A stretch of 64,000 nt of DNA from Lama glama (Eukaryota). Shown here one piece after another: positions 40,250 through 52,985 of the stretch. Location of the stretch: assembly GCA_028534125.1 (NCBI GenBank), contig CM052816.1, forward strand, positions 29,824,001-29,888,000, read 5' to 3'. The position numbers and the translations under genes are program-made. The notes below the pieces were generated by a model. That model had not been told where the DNA came from. It was given only the letters and a program-made list of their open reading frames with translations, and ran no database searches. The first letter of the stretch is position 1. Each line of letters opens with the position of its first letter.

Positions 40250-40830
40250 AACAAAACAAAATAAAAATCTTACCCATGGAGAAACAAGGATAAGAAACCC
40301 TGAAAATAAGAAAACAAAGTGAAGTATTGAAAACGTTGAAAGAAAAACCTCACCAACTTAGAGTTCTATATTTAGCCAAAATACCCTTCAGAATCGAAAA
40401 CAGACTTTTTCAGACAAAACCCAAGGGAACTCATTGCAAACAGACCTGCCTTTTGAAATGATAAAAGATTGTTCTTCAAGGAGAAGAAAAATGATACAGG
40501 TCAGAAATACGGATCCACATAAAGAAAGGAAACATATTGGAGAAGGAATAAATGAAGATAAAATAAAATATTTTATTTAAAAATTAACTTTCAAACAGGT
40601 GGTAATAACAATGCATTGGATGATTATAACATGGCTTTGTGAAATGAATGACAACAATGTCACAAGAATGGAAGGAAGGAGTTGGGAGTGTTCAGTTATA
40701 AGGTACCTGCGCTACATATGAAGCAGTATAGTGGTACTGAAGGTGGATTTAGATTAGTTAAAAATGTATGTTGCAAACTCTATAGAAATCACTAAAAATT
40801 TAAAAAAGAAGTATAATTAATACTCCTAGA
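40250..40830 (+). mobile_element. Old L1M ORF1 end and inter-ORF fragment
   Basis: caacttagagttctatattta.ccaaaatacccttca...agactttttcagacaaa...cagacctgcc is typical of the L1 ORF1 C-terminus. Confidence 0.75.
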
Positions 40831-41299
40831 GAGTATTTATTATGTCTTTGCTTCATTTTCTCCAGCTATAAACCATCTGATGTTCTTACATCTTACTTTT
40901 GTTTTGTTTTGTTTATAAAACTCTCTTTATCCACTGGAATAAAACTCCATGAAGGGGATTTTTAAAAATTATTTTTAAATACTACATCCCCAGAGCTTAG
41001 ATCATCCTTGGTACAGAGTAGGTCTTGCATATTTGAAAGGAAAGAGCATATGTTGTTAAATGTTAAGTCCTTAGTGTCCAGAACAGTGTCTAGACGAATT
41101 GGAGGTGAATAAAATGCTTTTTGAATGAGTGAAAGTAACACCTTATTAGCTGAGTTTTGGTCTCAAACTCCAGTAAACTCCAGTGTTCTGGGCTACTCCT
41201 GGGGGAAAATTCCTTTTACTTAGGCAAGTTGGGCCTCAGATGGGCTCAGATCAAATAAGCCTTGGGACCTGCTCTGTTCTTTTCCCAGTGTTCTACCTG

Positions 41300-41512
41300 C
41301 GATGTGCTGGGGCCAGTTTGTACTCGTTCCTGAGAGACCATCATTAAATTTTCGGGAAATTTGCAAGTTAGATGTTAGACTTCAACATGGTCATGGCGGA
41401 ATTATTTGTACCAGAGAAAGAGGCAAACTTTCCAAAGCAGTGCCCCCCATCCTACCATGCTCTCTACTCCGTCTGAAGCTTAGAGAGCAGATCTTTTGCT
41501 AGCACACCAGTG
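41300..41512. mobile_element. MER63A-like hAT-Blackjack MITE
   Basis: tgtgctggggccag...ttaaattttcgggaaatttgcaag ... ctagcacaccagtg. Ends are imperfect inverted repeats. Confidence 0.65.
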
Positions 41513-41534
41513 GGGGACAGGAAGGAGACGGGAG

Positions 41535-42300
41535 TGATCTTTTTCTTCCCTCGGCAGTTTTCAAATGAGAACGTACATTGTGATTTACCTGGGGAACTTA
41601 AAACACACGCATACACTAATACCAATACCTGGATTCCATTCCAGACCTACTGGATTGGAGCAGTGGTTTAGTCATTTCCTACTGCCCCTGAAACCAGTTA
41701 CCAGCGACTTAATGGCTTAACGACAACCAAATCTTTCTATTTTATGGTTCTGAAGGTCAGAAGTTTAAAATCAAGGGGCCAGTGGGACTGCATTCCGTCT
41801 GGAGGATTCAGGAGACAATCTGTTTCCTTGCCTTCTCCAGCTTTTACAGGCCAACTACATTCCTTGGCCTATGGCCCTTCCTGGCATCACTCTGACCACT
41901 GTCTTCCATCTCTTCCTACTGACTCTGACTCTTCTGCCTGCCTACCTTTTATAGGGACCCTTCTGATTACATTGGACCCACCTGGTTATCCAGGTAATCT
42001 CATCCCAGGATCCTTAATATAATCATATTTGCAAAGTCTTTTTATCAGGTAAGGGAACAAATTCACAGGTTTTGGGAATTTAGGACATGGGTATCTTTGG
42101 ACAATTTTTCAACCTCTCACAAGGGGTTTTCAGCCTCAGCTGAACATTAGACTCACATAGGGAGCTTAAAAATCCTTATGCCCAGGCTGCATCCCAGAAC
42201 AATTAGAATTTCTGAGCTGAGACCCTGGCAGTCTTATATCAAAAACTCTTCAGGTGACTCCAACATGCATGTAGTGAACGTTAGAGATTCCATGATGGGG
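41535..42300. mobile_element. MER5-like hAT MITE pieces (~41535-41660 and ~42121-42300) flanking an MLT1 LTR
   Basis: gtgatttacctggggaactta..ccagacctact; ttagactcacatagggagcttaaaa...atgcccaggctgcatcccaga...caggtgactccaacatgca. Confidence 0.65.
41668..42121 (-). mobile_element. MLT1B/C-like MaLR LTR
   Basis: ggttctgaaggtcagaagt..aaaatcaagg...aatctgtttccttgccttctccagc...gattacattggaccca...attcacaggttttggga.tt.aggacatgg...ttcaacctctcaca. Confidence 0.88.
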
Positions 42301-43104
42301 TCTAGGGAGTATGCTTAACAACATCTCCAGAGGTGAAATCTAAAGAGCACCCTGATTTGGAACTCCTGCATAGAAAGTTAAGAGGATTTATTAATTTACA
42401 TTCTGCTTATGTGTTAGTTTCTCACCCTACAGAGACTTCGAGTTCCTCAGGTTCAGGGCCATGTTTTTTGTATATTTGTCAATAGAGGATAGTGTGTGAT
42501 AAATATTTATTTAATGCATGGATAAATATTTTTTTAAAAATTCTTATGCAACTTTTCACCTCAATGCTGTCTACTACAAGATGCTTGCAATCTTTCTGAT
42601 GTTTGTGGACCTTTCAAACTTGTCAGGGCTGCCAGGAAGGGGTAGAGAAGGGCTGAGTGATTTCAGTGGAGAGGACAGTCGCTTCGCCCTCATCTCCCTT
42701 GCCTGGTGGCGAACCCATTTTCTTCACCCGTTTCCCCTTCCGTTGTGCTCCACTCGGTCTCTGCCTTCTTCTGGTTCATCCTATGGGACAGACACGACCC
42801 TGTTCACTCAGAGAAAGGATATTCCATGCTCCCCAGGAATGTGAGAGTTGAGAGTTTAAGAAGATAACCCACATTATAGGAAGTGATACAAAGTAGTCTG
42901 TGTCCAGGTTTTTTTTTTTTTTAATTAACTCAGAGCCACTACTTTTTTAAAAAAGATACGGGAACTACCTATACACAGGTGCGTATTGTGAGGTTTTAAA
43001 GGAATATGATTCTAATTTGAGTGGGAGACACTGAGTTCACCAGCAAGTAGAGAAGGGCAGGTTGATATTCAAGGGAGACGGGTCATTGATCCCGGCTCTT
43101 CCCC

Positions 43105-43543
43105 TCACCCGTGCTGCTCTGGCCACTCTGGCCACCACCTTGCTCACTGAATGTTCTAGGCAAGGCCTGCCCGTCTGCCTGAGGGCCTCTGCCTGAGCTG
43201 GTTGTTTTCACCCTTGGATGCTCTTCCCCAAGATACCTGCTTAGTTAATTCCCCTGTCGATGCAGGTCTTCCTCCATGAGGTTACCCCCACCCCCACACC
43301 CACCCCCACCATACTTCTGTTCTCCTTGCCTTGATCTACCTTTTCTTTTTCTAAGGTAGTTACCACAACCTAGTAAGTACGTTTACGTAGGATGCTCATT
43401 TTTAATTTGTTTGTCTCCACCTTCTGGATTGTGAATCCTGCAAAGGCAGGGGGATCTTAATCTTTGTTCACTGATGTACCTCAAGCCCCCAGGACAGTTC
43501 CTAGCACATTGCTGGTGCCCAATAAACAGTTATTGAATGAATG
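43105..43543 (+). mobile_element. L2a/b 3' end
   Basis: ctctggccactctggcc...gttcactgatgtacctcaagcccccaggacagttcctagcaca..., ending tattgaatgaatga. Confidence 0.85.
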
Positions 43544-44273
43544 AGAAAAAGGATTCCAACATCAGAGAAACTAGAGAAACAGAGTTTGGAGGGGAAAACT
43601 AGGAAACTGCATGGTAAGTGCATGCTATGGAGAACACAGGAGGCAGTGTCCAGTGGAGAGACAGAGAAAACTGATGTCCAGGCAAGTGAGAGAGGGGATG
43701 TAGAGAAGTCAGCTGTGAGGAACGAGGTTGGGATGTCAATGCAGTTTTGATTAAAGTTAAAAGGAGGAGTTATGGTCCAATGGAGGAGACTTATTACTCT
43801 GGAGGAATCCAGAAAAAAGCTAAAGATGGTAATTTAACTTGAGAATTGGAGGTGGAAGTGTGTAGGTAGTAATCATTTATAAGCTAAAAGTTCAGAGCTT
43901 TAGAAAGAGGCTGGAGAAGACAAAAGGCCATTTAAGGAGAGTGCTGACAAGCAGTGCCTGGAAAGAATTGTGCTTAATATATTTACACCTGAGCTGTCAC
44001 CAAAAATAGTAATGGTGCGATTGAATGCTTTAATTAAATCTGAGCTGTGCTGACCGTACAATGTGAAAGTGTAAGCATTGTGGTACTTCAGTGCAATATG
44101 ATTTGTGTGAAATTCCTTTACTCTCTGGCTGCTCATCTGACTTCTATGTGCGGAACTCCTCGGAATAATCAGTGGTTGTGGCTGGGTGACGGTAGACGAG
44201 GCAGGCTGGAAGGAGTCGCGCTGGGGATGTTAGGGACAGGAGAGCAGACCAAAACCAGAAACAGAGGCACAGC

Positions 44274-44298
44274 TACGCATGCGCATGCATGCGCGCAT

Positions 44299-44364
<66 letters not shown>

Positions 44365-44372
44365 ACACACAC
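44274..44372. repeat. Compound alternating purine-pyrimidine tract ending in (CA)n
   Basis: tacgcatgcgcatgcatgcgcgcatgt followed by a long (ac)n run. Confidence 0.95.
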
Positions 44373-46980
44373 TCCTATAATGCCCAGGCAGGACCCGTAG
44401 GGACCATATTTTATCCTACTCCTGTTTGCCTCGTGGAACTTAGCAGAGTGATAAGTAAGCACTTGAAATGGATAACATTGATATTTGAGGACGACTGGTG
44501 GTACAGGGAACTTTTTATTTTTTTGCAAAGGATTCAAAAAGGGTGGGATTTGAAAGGTAGTTTCTCTATTTCCCTACCCTATCCTACCTTGTATTGGAAA
44601 TGAGAGGGAAGACTGACCCCAGGACTTAAGGTAATACCATCTGATTGATCACAAATAAACCTGCACAGACATCGTGCTTTATGACTTACCAAGGGGAGGG
44701 ATTTCTTTAAATCTGCGCACCACAATTGGACTCTCAGTAAACATGAGCAACTCTTCTAGTCTGGGCAAATTAGGTATTTTGGGGAAACCAAACAATTCCT
44801 GCCTCCTATGTTCTGTGTCATGGCTTGGTGATTTGGGAAGGGTGGAGGGTGACTGGACGGAAGGATCAAGGTGAAGTGGCGCTGGCATATAGCTACAGTG
44901 TCCTCTTTCAGTTAATTCTTCCTGTGATTCCTTCTGAAATGGCTCACAACTAAGCAAAGGGCTGTAACACTATCATGCAAAGCCTTTTGAAGTCACAGCA
45001 CCCTTTTCTCCTTGTCTCTGAATCTCCTGATTAGCTTTGATCCCTGGCATCTTCCCAATCTTGTTTGGCTTGATTACTGACATAATGAATATGTTGTTAT
45101 TTTCTGTAAACTCTACAAATAGGTCTTAAATAACCTAATTAGCACTGAGGTTAATTAATAGGGAGGAAATTGGCTTCGCGGAAAAAAAAGGGCAGATTTG
45201 TATACAACGTCGTTACACACTGAAGGTTGGCAACTGAAAGAAATACAGAATGCTGTTTTTAGGATTAATAAGTCTAGGCTCCATTTACGTACTTATAAGT
45301 GGAATACTTACCCTGATGTGTCGTCTTGTGAAGAATATTCTGGAAACAGCTGAGATCCTCTTCATTAGTACGATACTGTGGCAAACGTTCCCCTTCTAAG
45401 TTATTTACTCTTTAGCACTTTGGGGAAACAGAACTTTAAAAGCTGTCGGTCAGAACACCATGCTCTCCCTGACTCAAAGACAGATACAAAGTGTTAAGAA
45501 GAGGACCAACTAGATGCTACCAGTAGATTAAAGATGAAGCTCGTTAGCCCTTTGAGAATGCACTGTACCAAAAACCAGCAAGAGAAATATTTGCTTTATT
45601 GTAACAAGAACACATAGAATTTATAGTGTTAGTCATTTCTATCAGTTGCCAAATGAAAATCACTATTTTTTTTAGCTCTTTAAATAAAAATTATGACGGA
45701 AAAATGACTCACTATTCTGGATGGTATACTGATGATTCTAAACAAAGAACACAGACCAGCATGCAAAAGGACTGGTTAGGAAGCCTGTGATTTCATTCTT
45801 GACCTGACAGGGAACCGTCCGATGTCCCACCAGGCTTCTGGGGTGAACACTTGATGTAAAAAGTGGATAATTTTACTAGTTTTATTGCATTTCATAAGAG
45901 CTTTCCATTAGTGAGTATTCTGAGAAGTCTGTGTACAGAAGACATGACGATGGAGGAAACTGAAGGGCAAAGACTAAAGGATGTCCCCACAGCCGAGGTG
46001 TTAGATACAGATTTCAAGTGTGAGACGGGCAGGAAAACGGAGGCCGGAAGTGCAGCAGAGAAGGATGCTGCGGGAATTACAGAGGAATTGTTCCATGTCT
46101 TGGGCAATTTTATTTTCAGCAGACACAGAAAGGTAGAATGAAAATGGTAGCTCTGGCTCTGGTCCCAGAGTATCTAAGGGGAAGGCTGGCCGGGACGATG
46201 GCTGGAGGAAAGATGTGGAAGCTGTGGTAAGAGAGTCCAGCAGTCAAAAATAGATTTGATTTTTTTCTGTTTGGTCCTATTTCTAGGTAAAACTTCCCTT
46301 TGTGCTGCAAAGAGATGAAAATACATTTCTGATTACCAGGCTGAATGGCCACAATAAAACTCACCCTTTGGCTGCTAACAATCTATACCCTTTTGGCAAA
46401 CCCAGGTCTTGATAGTACAACATGCTGGGGACAGCTGGCTGCCTAGAGTCTCATCTTGACCCTTGGAATAGTGAAATTAAAGCCGCTGACTTTCTGGAAG
46501 AACAGTTTGGGAAAGGTAAGAAATGGTACCTGCTTGTGTTAACCAGCTGCTTAGTTTTGAGCTGCTCTCAAGGCAGTTTTTGAGGCTTCCTACCACCTCT
46601 GGTGACAACTACAAATATATTTGCAACTTTATTAAATTTTCTTACTATTTTCTCCCTTTTGGCTACTCTTTCAGTTCAGGATATTTATTAGGGCCCATCA
46701 CCTGCTATTTACATTGGTTTGTTACTGAAGCTAGCTTGGGCCTTGAAAATGTGGTCTCGAGAGAAAGAAAATCATAGATTTTTTTAAGACTGGAAAGAGA
46801 CCATGAAGGTCAACATTGATCATTTTTATTTACTGTAAGTTTCTTAAGACATTTTACAAAGATCATTGTGCCTGAGCTGAAGAATGAAGTGGGACTAAAA
46901 ATAAAGAATCCAGCACCTGTGAAGACTGAATTTACTCTAAGGTCTGCATTCCCTACTTTGGGTCGCCACTGTTTAGAATT

Positions 46981-47459
46981 ATTTTTATTTGTTATTTAAG
47001 TACAGTCGATTTACAGTGTTGTGTTAATTTCTGGTGCACAGTGTAGCAATTCATGTACACACACATATATGTTTCTTTTCAACTTCTTTTTCATTATAGG
47101 CTATTACAAAGTATGGAATATAGTTCCCTGTGCTGTACAGCAGGAACTTGTTGTTTTATCTATTTTGTATTTAGTAGTTAGTATCTGCAAACCCTGAACT
47201 CCCAATTTATCCCTTCGCACCCTCCCTTTTTCCCCCTGGTAACCATAAGTTTGTTTTCTACATCTGTAAGTCTGCCTCTGTTTTGTAAATAAGTTCATTT
47301 GTGTCCTTTTTAAAGAATTTCAGATTTCACATATAAGTGATATAATGTGGTATTTTTTTCCTTTTTTGGCTTACTTTACTATGTACGACAATCTCTAGGT
47401 TCATCCATGTTGCTGCAATGGCTCTATTTCATTCTTTTTATGGCTGAGTAGTATTCCAC

Positions 47460-47494
<35 letters not shown>

Positions 47495-48116
47495 CTCTCA
47501 CAACTTCTTTATCCAGTCATCTGTCAATGGACATTTAGGTTGCTTCCATGTCTTGGTTATTGTAAGTAGTGCTGCTATGAACATTGGGGTGCATGTATCT
47601 TTTCAAATCAGAGCTTCCTCCAGGTATATGCCTGGGAATGGTGTTGCTGGATTATATGTTGTCTGTTTTTAGTTTTTTAAGGAATCTCCATTCTGTTTTC
47701 CATAATGGCTTTTCCATAATTCCCACCAATGGTGTAGGAGGTTCCCTTTTCTCCACACCCTCTCCAGCATTTATCATTTGTGAACTTTTTAATGATGGCC
47801 ATTCTGACTGGTGTGAGGTAATGTCTCAATGTAGTTTTGATTTGCATTTCTCTGATAACTAGTGATATTGAGCATTTTTTCACATGCCTATTAGCCATTT
47901 GTATGTCTTCATTGGAGAAATGTTTGTTTAGGTCTTCTGCCCATTTTTGAAATGGGTTGCTTATTTTTTTGTTATTGAGTTGTATGAGCTGTTCATATAT
48001 TCTGGAAATAAAGCCCTTGTCGGTTGGATCATTTGCAGATATTTTCTCCCATTCCATAGGTTATCTTTTTGTTTGCCTTATGGTTTTCTTTGCTGTGCAA
48101 AAGCTTGTAAGTTTAA
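46981..48116 (-). mobile_element. 5'-truncated L1 (~1.1 kb): ORF2 C-terminus plus 3'UTR, with an internal (TCTG)n at ~47460-47490
   Basis: ORF 47677-48057 ([20 protein letters not shown]...[24 protein letters not shown]...CWRGCGEKG) is clear L1 ORF2 C-terminal sequence. The artiodactyl-type 3'UTR follows. Confidence 0.95.
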
Positions 48117-48523
48117 AGAATCTGATAATCTGGGCTAATAGGGAGCTTTCATGGAGACAGTGGGCCTTTTGGGGACAAGCATGGGGACATACCAAGCTAT
48201 TATTCGAGGGGATTGCTCTCCTGTAGGCTGTGCAGTGTGGCAGGAAAGCAATGTGATGCTGAACCATAGGGAAAGCCCACAGCTATGGCTGGCCCTGTGA
48301 CAGGTGGCTGGTCTTCCCTGCACATTTCTTTCTCCTGGCAGAGACCAGGACTTCCTATCCTCAGAACATTCCATAATTAGCCCCTCTCAAGCTTATATGT
48401 TTAGCTGTGATTCCTCAGCTCTACTCTTCCCATCAAGATTTAAACATTAAAAACGGTTAAGGAAAAAACATCCTTCAACTCAAATCTTCTGCTATAAGTG
48501 TCTCATCGCCTTCAAGAATTAGC

Positions 48524-48765
48524 TTTTTTTCCCTTAAGTTATTACAGAATATTGGCTCATTCCCCAGGTTGTACAATATATCCTTATAGCCTGTCTTACA
48601 CCCCGTGGTGGTTTGTACCTCCCGTTTCCCCACGCCTGCATTGCCCCCTCTCACTGTAACCACTAGTTTGTTCTCTATACCTGTGAGCCTGCTTCTCTTT
48701 TGTTATATTCGCTAGTTTGTTGTGTTTTTTAGATTCCATGTATAAGTGCTGTCATACAGTATTTA
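48524..48765 (-). mobile_element. Artiodactyl-type L1 3'UTR fragment
   Basis: gttgtacaatatatcctt...gtaaccactagtttgttctctata.ctgtgag...ttttagattcca.tataagtg. Confidence 0.82.
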
Positions 48766-49179
48766 AGACCTAACTCTTTAAAGCTTTGCACGTACACTGT
48801 CTTCATTTCTTTACCTTCCACTTCCTCACTTTGCATGCCTTCTGCCCCATCAAGACGCCAAACCAGCTCTCATGAAAGTCACCCATGACTTCTCCATCAC
48901 TAAAGCCAGTGGCAGTTTTCAGCCTTCATCTTATCTAACAACTAAACGGCATGCCCTCTGTCTTGAAACATTCTCTCCCTTGGCTCTGATGAAGCAACAC
49001 CCTCCTGGTTCTCCTCTCCCTTGCTGGTCACTGCCTTTTTGCCTCTTCCTTTAACTAGGCATTAAGTGTTGGAATTCCCCAAGCTTCGGACCTAACCTCA
49101 TTTCTGTTCTAACTGGACTTTCTCATCTACATCTTTAGTGGAGTTCTGCTGGTTTTTACTGGTCCAGTATCTCTTACTT

Positions 49180-49582
49180 CTTCCTTTGGTGCCAATTCAC
49201 CCCTATTTTGGAGGAAGAGGGAGCCACATCCTTCATACACAGTGTGTATGGTCTTCATGGGACCACCAGTCAGGGTTCCCTGCTCTCTCTTGAGCAACAA
49301 ATCAGACTTGCAAGTTTCACTTCTGGGAATACTTACCTCAAATGCCAGAGGATGGAAAAATCTAGGGGTTAAATCATTCCTGTGGTGTGGCACTCTGAAT
49401 TTATTCTTCACTGATTTCTACTGCCTGAACCCCCAAAGCTGGTCTGATACTTTCCCCCTTTGGTTTAAACATGTTTTTGAGAGTGATACCATATTTCCTT
49501 GTACAGAATTCTTTTATCTATTATCACTTTCTTCATTTGTTTAAGCTAGCCAAGGAGAATTTCTAATTCTTGCAACCAAAAA
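49180..49582 (+). mobile_element. MLT1-type MaLR LTR remnant
   Basis: 3' end ttgtttaagctagcc...ttcttgcaaccaaaa resembles MLT1 termini. The 5' boundary is uncertain. Confidence 0.5.
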
Positions 49583-49591
49583 TTTGGTTGC

Positions 49592-49846
49592 TCTCTCTCA
49601 GTCTCACTGCTGCACTCTGTCTATAGAGTGTATCTATTTTTCTTTTAAACTGGACACCACCACACCTCTTGGCCTCTTACCTTTTGAGATGACCCACATT
49701 TTGCCTATGGAATGTGCATCCCCTAAGCCACTCTCACTTTCTAAGACGACCCCATCTCCCAGGGTCTCTCTTGCCTTCTGAGTTGGCTTGCATTCTATCT
49801 GTGGAGTGTGTATCTCCCTAAATTAACTTGCTTTCATTAAAAAAAA
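49592..49846 (+). mobile_element. ERV1-type (MER41-like) LTR fragment ending in poly(A) and flanked by TSDs
   Basis: Three related subunits (ctctgtctatagagtgta / ttgcctatggaatgtgca / tctatctgtggagtgtgta), then aattaacttgctttcatt plus A8. Flanks are aaaaatttggttgc and aaaaaattggttgc. Confidence 0.7.
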
Positions 49847-51419
49847 TTGGTTGCAAACTCCATGGCCTCAAGTGTCATCTTCAGACAGGTAAATTTCCAT
49901 CTGTTATCTCCAGCTTAGAACCTTCCTCCAAGCTTGACTGTTATTTCTACTTACCTACTTGACATTTCTAAATCACCTTGTTCAACACATCCAAGACTGA
50001 ACTCATGGTCTATAATTCAAGCCTATCTTTTCTATGCGTGGCACCATCATCCATCAGTTAAGTGACTCAGATGCCAAGGAGTTGATACTTTTCACACCTC
50101 CCTTGCCCCACGTACAATGTATCAAGAAGTCTTTTTGATTTTTAACTCCCTAAACTTCTCCCAAATCTATCCACTTCTCTTTCCTCTGTTATCTCCCGAG
50201 TCCAAGCTACCAACATCCTCTCTGGATGAACGTAGAAGCCTCCTGACTTGATGACGAATACCCACTGTGTCACTCTTCCATTCCTTTCTCAGCACTGTAG
50301 CCAGAATAAATTTTCAAAATGCAAACCTGATACTATTACCCCTGTTTAAAACCTTTCCTTGGCTTTTTGTTGCCTTTAGGATAATGGCTCAAATCCTTAG
50401 CATGGCTCACAGGACCCTACATTGTCTAGACTGTTTCTTCAAGCTTCATCTCACTCCACAGATCAACATTCTCCCTATTTCAGATGCTTAAAGCCATCAG
50501 ATTTTCTTCTGCTATAGGTTCTTGGCTTGTGTCATGCTCTCTGCCTGAAAGGCTCTTCCCTCCTGGGGGCTACAGCACATTCCAAAGGCTATACTGGATT
50601 TGAGGGTTGGCAAAATGTGGATCTGAACTCTGTTTAGGCTATTTTCACACACACACACACATGATTGATTGATCTAGCAAATGAAGATCAACATTACATG
50701 ATGATATAAGTGATCTGATCCTTCTCTGGTGCAGGAGGGAAACCTGGGGAGTTGGATAACTAAATAGGACCCACTGCCTATTTTAAGCTGGATGCAGGGG
50801 AGGGTAGCAAACATCTGAGTTCATGGGCCTTCATTATAATCATAAAAAAAATTCCTGGTGTATGTACCAGTTATATGTTTCTGGGCTTATTTAAATTTCA
50901 GTAGGACTGGATATGGCCTGCCACATTCCTTCGTCTTAATACCTTCTCACCCCTAGATGTAAACTGAACCATCACTACTTCAGAGAAGTCTTCTCTGATC
51001 CACACCCTGCCCTCCCTTCTTTTGCAGTTTAAATAGGAGGTTCTGGGGCACACTGTGTCTGTGACATCCCAAGTCTGGTATACTTTGTAAAAGCTCCTGT
51101 AGAAACATGTTTTCTTTCGCCAGAGCATTTCACTCAGTTTGTCATTGTATATTTACTGGTACTCCTGTTAAAGTGTGTCTCTAAGTCTTTCATCAGAACA
51201 CAACAAACTTGTGAGTCAGGCCCTGGCACTTAGCACAGAATCTGGCTTGCTGCAGGCACTCAGTACATGTGGACTGTGTGAGCCAACGAGCCAAGGCTCT
51301 GTCACTTCTGGGCATGGAAGCAGGACTGGCTTCCCTTTCTGGACTTACTTGCTAGCACTGTGTATGGAGTGTGATGTGGAACAAAAATCGTTATTTCTAT
51401 TTCTAAATTAGGTAGAAGA

Positions 51420-52985
51420 AATGGGAAAAGGAAGAAACAAGGCATTCTCTGTAGAAAAATAACATATGAACTCAGTTTTTAGAAATACTGAGGAATTTCT
51501 AGGTGTGCTGAGATAAAGATGGAGTTGGAAGGAGAAAACATGTCAGGCAGAGGATTGTGGACAGGATTGTAAACAAAATCAGAGAATCAAACAATGTAAC
51601 AGGGTTTTCAGTGCGCTGTGAGTAATTCAGTGGGGCTACAGCAGAGTATGAGACACACAGAGGTTCAGATGGCGGCTGGGGCTGAGGCTGGAGGGCCTTG
51701 CCTGTTGTGTTAGACGGCCTCTCCTTTATTTTTCTGGTGTTGGGAAATTATCTGCTGACACCATCCAACTCTTGTATTAGTTACAGCAGTATACATGTTG
51801 GAGTGGAAAAGTGTAGGGCTGGAAGGAGAACTATGAGTTTACTGTAGCTTTTCCAGGTGAAAGGTGAGAGGGGCTGAAACTCAAGTCATCACACTATGGG
51901 GTGATAAAAAAGAACATGAGCAGGAATGATGAAAGTTCCATTTATTCTGTAAGAGGTACCATCCCAAGCATTTTACAGATGTGATCTAAGCCTTTTATCA
52001 ACCGTGAGCAATAGGTACCATTTTTTACCCCAATTTTTCGGATGGAGAAGCTCAGGCAAAGAAGGTTATATAAACCATTTACTGTGGACTGAATGTTTGT
52101 GTTCCCTCAAGGTGCATCTGTGGAAGCCCTAATCCTGAATATGATGATATTTGGAGGTGGGGTCTTGGGGGGTGATTAGGCATAGAGAGGCCAAGGCTGG
52201 AGCCCCCATGTTGGGATTGCTGCCCCTATAAGAGGAAGGGGAGACCAGCGCTCACTCTCGCCTCCATGTTAGGATTCAGCAAGAAGGCAGCCACGTGCAG
52301 AGTCGGAGGAGGGCTCTCCCCGCGATCCTGACCAGGCTGGCCCCCTGATCTCAGACTTCCAGCCTCCAGAACTGTCAGAAATAGGTGTTTGTTGTTTAAG
52401 CCATCCAGTCTGTGAATCTATGGTATTTTTGTTATAGCGATCTGAGCTGACACATCTCAAGGTCGTATTTCTAGTTCGTGGCAGAGTCAGGATTTTAACT
52501 AGCTGTTTTTCTAGAGCCTATGTTCTTAACCACTAAGATGAACTAAAGGGAGAGATGGAGCAGAATATGAAAGATTATAGAGAGGTCTGGTCTCCAGGGT
52601 CTGATGACAGATTAGATGTGGGGGAAGAGAAACGAAAGGAGATTCTAGGATTGACATCAGGTGTGACTTGAGAAGATACTGGTGCCAGTTAGAAATGGGG
52701 AATACAGAAAAAAGGAGTGGTTCTGGGAGGAGGAGGCTTCGGTCAGCTTGGGGCATGATGAGCTGGAGGTGGGGATGGCATGTTCAAGTGGAGAAATCCA
52801 GCAGGCAGTTCCTGGGTCCCAGGGGACAGGTCATTCAGAGGCATCTGATCTTTGATAAGCATCCTTTAGTGAACAGAGGACTAATGGAAAAGTGGACATA
52901 TTTAGCCTGGAAGTGACTCATTTGTCTAAAAGATAGCATAGAGAAGACAATTAAAGGGTAGACTGTGGAACTTTATCACTTAAAG
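51420..52985 (-). mobile_element. L2 fragments (~51420-51900 and ~52530-52985) with an intervening MIR and MLT1A
   Basis: Antisense L2 motifs tccaggtgaaaggtga, gattagatgtggggg, agaaatggggaatacag, catgttcaagtggagaaatccagcaggcagtt. Confidence 0.7.
52080..52454 (+). mobile_element. MLT1A-like MaLR solo LTR inserted into a MIR
   Basis: tgtggactgaatgtttgtgttcc...atttggaggtggggtctt...cctgatctcagacttccagcctccagaactgt...ctatggtattttgttatagc...gacaca. MIR halves lie on both sides. Confidence 0.92.

Larger units (their letters stand above)
48790..50560 (+). mobile_element. L2 fragments (~48790-49130 and ~49860-50560) split by an MLT1 LTR and an ERV LTR fragment
   Basis: aaagtcacccatgacttctcc, tcaacacatccaagactgaactcat, cactgtagccagaataa.ttttcaaaatgcaaa. 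Confidence 0.78.

Noticed and set aside
44047..44603. HT-repeat and CV-repeat ORFs
   Set aside because: Translation artefacts of the (CA)n microsatellite.
45863..46141. Acidic 92-aa ORF resembling an exon
   Set aside because: It overlaps a MIR-like core (gatggaggaaactgaagg) and lacks a good acceptor.
47677..48057. 126-aa ORF as a host gene
   Set aside because: It is the C-terminus of L1 ORF2 in a 5'-truncated element.
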